Shown: piece after piece, positions 7,896-11,966 of the stretch
Position numbering within the stretch: the stretch's first letter is position 1
Layout of the letters: each line of letters opens with the position of its first letter
NCBI GenBank assembly: GCA_036478295.1
Contig: JAZGDW010000230.1
Location: 1-11,966 of the forward strand
Source: Candidatus Krumholzibacteriia bacterium
GTDB taxonomy: Bacteria > Krumholzibacteriota > Krumholzibacteriia > WVZY01
Length of the DNA stretch: 11,966 nt
Direction: 5' to 3'
Made by a program: the position numbers and the translations under genes
Notes under the pieces: generated by a model
Database searches by the model: none
What the model was told of the DNA's origin: nothing
The model's input: the letters and a program-made list of their open reading frames with translations, nothing else

Positions 7896-7922
7896 ACTGC
7901 CACCATGGCAGTTCCGCTGCCA
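7896..7922. promoter_or_regulatory. Overlapping inverted repeats CTGCCA/TGGCAG/CTGCCA, candidate enhancer-binding-protein UAS
   Basis: ACTGCCA-cca-TGGCAGT (7896-7912) and TGGCAG-ttccg-CTGCCA (7906-7922), about 120-145 bp upstream of the predicted sigma54 start site. Confidence 0.5.
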
Positions 7923-7975
7923 ATTAGGCCAGCTTCCAGGTGCGCCTCCGAGGCCTTACTTACCGTAATTCATGT

Positions 7976-7988
7976 AATCAACTGATAA
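7976..7988 (+). promoter_or_regulatory. IHF-like binding site
   Basis: AATCAActgaTAA, one mismatch to WATCAANNNNTTR, in an AT-rich tract between the UAS and the -24/-12 box. Confidence 0.45.
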
Positions 7989-8015
7989 ATAGACTGTTAC
8001 GATTAAACCATGGGA

Positions 8016-8031
8016 TGGCACGTGACTTGAT
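8016..8031 (+). promoter_or_regulatory. Sigma54 (RpoN) -24/-12 promoter upstream of dnaK
   Basis: TGGCACG-tgac-TTGAT versus consensus TGGCACG-N4-TTGCW: perfect -24 box, exact spacing, GA instead of GC at -12. Confidence 0.65.
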
Positions 8032-8106
8032 ATATGTATAGTGGGACGCCGGCCCAGAGAGGGCTTAAGGGCGACACGGCGCGCTCACAACGGCAACAAC
8101 ATTTGA

Positions 8107-10104
<1,998 letters not shown>

Positions 10105-10139
10105 TCCCGGCGCAGTGCTCATGCGGCAAACCACTAAAG

Positions 10140-10165
10140 AGGGGAGGTCCACCGGGATCTCCCCT
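10140..10165 (+). terminator. Stem-loop after dnaK (possible terminator or mRNA-stabilising hairpin)
   Basis: AGGGGAGGTCC-accg-GGATCTCCCCT, 11 bp with one G-U pair. No strong U-tract follows. Confidence 0.4.
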
Positions 10166-10241
10166 TCGTGACGTGAGCTGCAGGGACATCACTACGTCTC
10201 CCCTTTGGCGTTTGAGCTGGGCCGACATGAACACGTCTCTG

Positions 10242-10319
10242 CTGGTGATTGAGCTGCGCCGCTTTGCGGTGTCAGCTCTAATCGCCAGGCGTTACGTGGC
10301 CCGCCGGTCCGCGTAACGC
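10242..10319 (+). other. Two abutting long RNA hairpins in the dnaK-tRNA spacer
   Basis: 21-bp stem (10242-10288) with two single-nt bulges and a TTT loop, immediately followed by an 11-bp stem (10289-10319). Confidence 0.6.
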
Positions 10320-10328
10320 GAAATTGGC

Positions 10329-10357
10329 TTGACCGCGGTGCCCAAAAAGACTATATC
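10329..10357 (+). promoter_or_regulatory. Putative sigma70 promoter for tRNA-Val/thrS
   Basis: TTGACC (10329-10334), 17 nt, TATATC (10352-10357), ending 30 nt before the tRNA. Confidence 0.55.
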
Positions 10358-10387
10358 TATTTGAAAAATACAGCGTTGTAACAACGT

Positions 10388-10464
10388 GGGCGATTAGCTC
10401 AGCTGGTTAGAGTACCTGCTCGACACGCAGGGGGTCACTGGTTCAAGTCCAGTATCGCCCACCA
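10388..10464 (+). tRNA. tRNA-Val (anticodon GAC)
   Basis: Acceptor stem GGGCGAT/ATCGCCC, D arm GCTC/GAGT, anticodon stem CCTGC/GCAGG with loop TCGACAC (GAC at 10422-10424), T arm ACTGG-TTCAAGT-CCAGT, discriminator A, encoded CCA. Confidence 0.97.
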
Positions 10465-10503
10465 TTCATTATTCTTGTACCTCCTTATCCCGACCGAAGC
10501 GAA

Positions 10504-11966
10504 ATGGTCCAGATTACACTTCCAGACGGTGCGCAAAAGCGTTTTCCGGACGACAACGTCCCGGTCAAGGACGTGGTCACCGCGCTCGGCGATGCGTGGC
10601 GCCGCAATGCCGTGGTGGCCGAATTCGACGGCCACGTCGTCGATCTGCACCAGAGCGTCTGCGGTGAGGGGGGTTTTCGTGTGTTTCGCGAGAAGGACGC
10701 GGCAAGTCTCGAGGTGCTGCGCCATACCACATCGCACGTGCTGGCTCACGCCGTGCAGGAGTTGTTTCCGGCGGCAAAATTCGCGATCGGGCCCGCCATC
10801 GCCGAGGGCTTCTATTATGACTTCGAAGTAGAGAATCCATTTACCCCCGATGACCTCGAGCGTATCGAAGCAAAGATGGCGGAGGTCCTCAAAGCCAAAC
10901 CATCGATCCACCGCGAGGTGTGGGACAAAGACAAGGCCCGCAAATTTTTTACCAAGGCCGGGCAGCCGTACAAGATCGAGCTCATCAACGACATTCCGGG
11001 TGACTCGGTATCCATTTATGTCCTGGGCGGTTTCACGGACCTCTGCGCGGGGCCGCATCTGGAGGACACCCGGCGCATCAAGAGCTTCAAGGTTCTGAAC
11101 TCCGCCGGAGCCTACTGGCGGGGCGATTCATCCCGCACTATGCTGCAGCGGATCTACGGCACCGCTTTCTTCAAAAAAAAGGACCTCGACGAGTACCTGC
11201 ACCGGCGGGAAGAGGCGGCCAAACGCGACCACCGCAAACTGGGCAAGGCGCTCGACCTCTTCGAAGTGCGCGAGGAAGCGGGCGGCGGCCTGGTGTTCTG
11301 GTATCCCAAGGGGGCCGTGATCCGCGATGTCCTCGAAAGCTACCTGAAGCAGGAGAACATACAGCGCGGTTACGAGCTGGTGTCGACCCCTCACATCGCG
11401 CGGGCGGACCTGTGGCGCACCTCGGGCCACTTCGATTACTACGAAGAGAACATGTACACCATGGACGTGGACGGGCAGCCCTACGTGCTCAAACCGATGA
11501 ATTGCCCGGGGCACATTCTAATATACAAGCGGCGCCTCTACAGTTACCGCGACCTGCCCGTTCGATTCGCCGAGATGGGTACCGTCTACCGGCGTGAGCT
11601 CTCCGGTGTGCTGCACGGCTTGCTGCGGGTGCGCGGGTTTACCCAGGACGACGCGCACATCTTCTGCACGCCCGAGCAGGTGGGAGATGAGGTGTACAAC
11701 ACTCTCGGCTTCGCGCTCGATGTCCTGCGGGCGTGCGGTTTCGACAATTTCAACGTGGAGCTGAGCGTACGTGACCCCAACGATCCGGAGAAATACGCGG
11801 GCTCGCTCGCGGAATGGGACCACGCCGAAACGGCGCTCGAGCAGGCCATCCAGCGCGCCAAACTGGATTACAAGCGCATGGAGGGGGAAGCGGTTTTCTA
11901 CGGGCCGAAGATCGATATCAAGGTCATCGACGCGATTGGCCGGCCCTGGCAGCTGAGCACCGTGCA
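10504..11966 (+). CDS. thrS: Threonine--tRNA ligase (3' truncated by window end)
   Basis: Hand translation from ATG 10504 gives MVQITLPDG (TGS domain), RHTTSHVLAHAV, GFYYDF, DLCAGPH (editing domain), GAYWRGD, LQRIYG, RDHRKLG, LKPMNCPGH, HGLLRVRGFTQDDAHIF, AVFYGPKID. Confidence 0.98.
   Translation, partial: MVQITLPDGAQKRFPDDNVPVKDVVTALGDAWRRNAVVAEFDGHVVDLHQSVCGEGGFRVFREKDAASLEVLRHTTSHVLAHAVQELFPAAKFAIGPAIAEGFYYDFEVENPFTPDDLERIEAKMAEVLKAKPSIHREVWDKDKARKFFTKAGQPYKIELINDIPGDSVSIYVLGGFTDLCAGPHLEDTRRIKSFKVLNSAGAYWRGDSSRTMLQRIYGTAFFKKKDLDEYLHRREEAAKRDHRKLGKALDLFEVREEAGGGLVFWYPKGAVIRDVLESYLKQENIQRGYELVSTPHIARADLWRTSGHFDYYEENMYTMDVDGQPYVLKPMNCPGHILIYKRRLYSYRDLPVRFAEMGTVYRRELSGVLHGLLRVRGFTQDDAHIFCTPEQVGDEVYNTLGFALDVLRACGFDNFNVELSVRDPNDPEKYAGSLAEWDHAETALEQAIQRAKLDYKRMEGEAVFYGPKIDIKVIDAIGRPWQLSTV

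Noticed and set aside
7889..7925. CIRCE element upstream of dnaK (TTAGGCACTG... resembles TTAGCACTC)
   Set aside because: No GAGTGCTAA right arm at 9-nt spacing. The symmetry is better explained by the TGCCA/TGGCA repeats.
10124..10150. c-di-GMP-I riboswitch-like start (GGCAAACCA...AAAGAG.GGGA)
   Set aside because: It lacks the GAAA-capped P1 geometry and the conserved following CGCAAAG/P2, and it lies 3' of a gene. A cmscan would settle it.
10388..10503. tRNA as an integration (att) site for a genomic island
   Set aside because: No integrase and no duplicated tRNA 3' end in the window; thrS follows directly.

Overview
GC-rich chromosomal window, probably from a diderm bacterium (its DnaK carries the diderm-type N-terminal insert). 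The left half is an accessory-looking sulfur/surface-glycan block. It holds a minus-strand operon of a small ribbon-helix-helix (RHH) protein plus ATP sulfurylase (sat), a divergent Zn-dependent alcohol dehydrogenase and SAM methyltransferase, a DUF2304 + GT2 glycosyltransferase pair, and a UPF0104/LPG-synthase-TM flippase-like protein. The right half is housekeeping: CCA-type tRNA nucleotidyltransferase with HD domain, a 105-aa hypothetical protein, a stand-alone dnaK, tRNA-Val(GAC) and the 5' part of thrS (missed by the ORF track because it runs off the window). The most notable signals are non-coding or at motif level: (i) a complete sigma54-type architecture (enhancer-like TGCCA/TGGCA repeats, IHF-like site, -24/-12 box) upstream of dnaK with no CIRCE; (ii) a densely structured dnaK-tRNA spacer whose in-stem non-Watson-Crick pairs are all G-U on the + strand; (iii) an RHH protein with an LRxLGY tail, transcribed with sat from a near-consensus promoter covered by palindromes; (iv) a CCA enzyme lacking the first Asp of the catalytic DxD; (v) a probable leaderless ADH mRNA; (vi) C33 in tRNA-Val. 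No database search or folding program was run; all calls come from motif reading.
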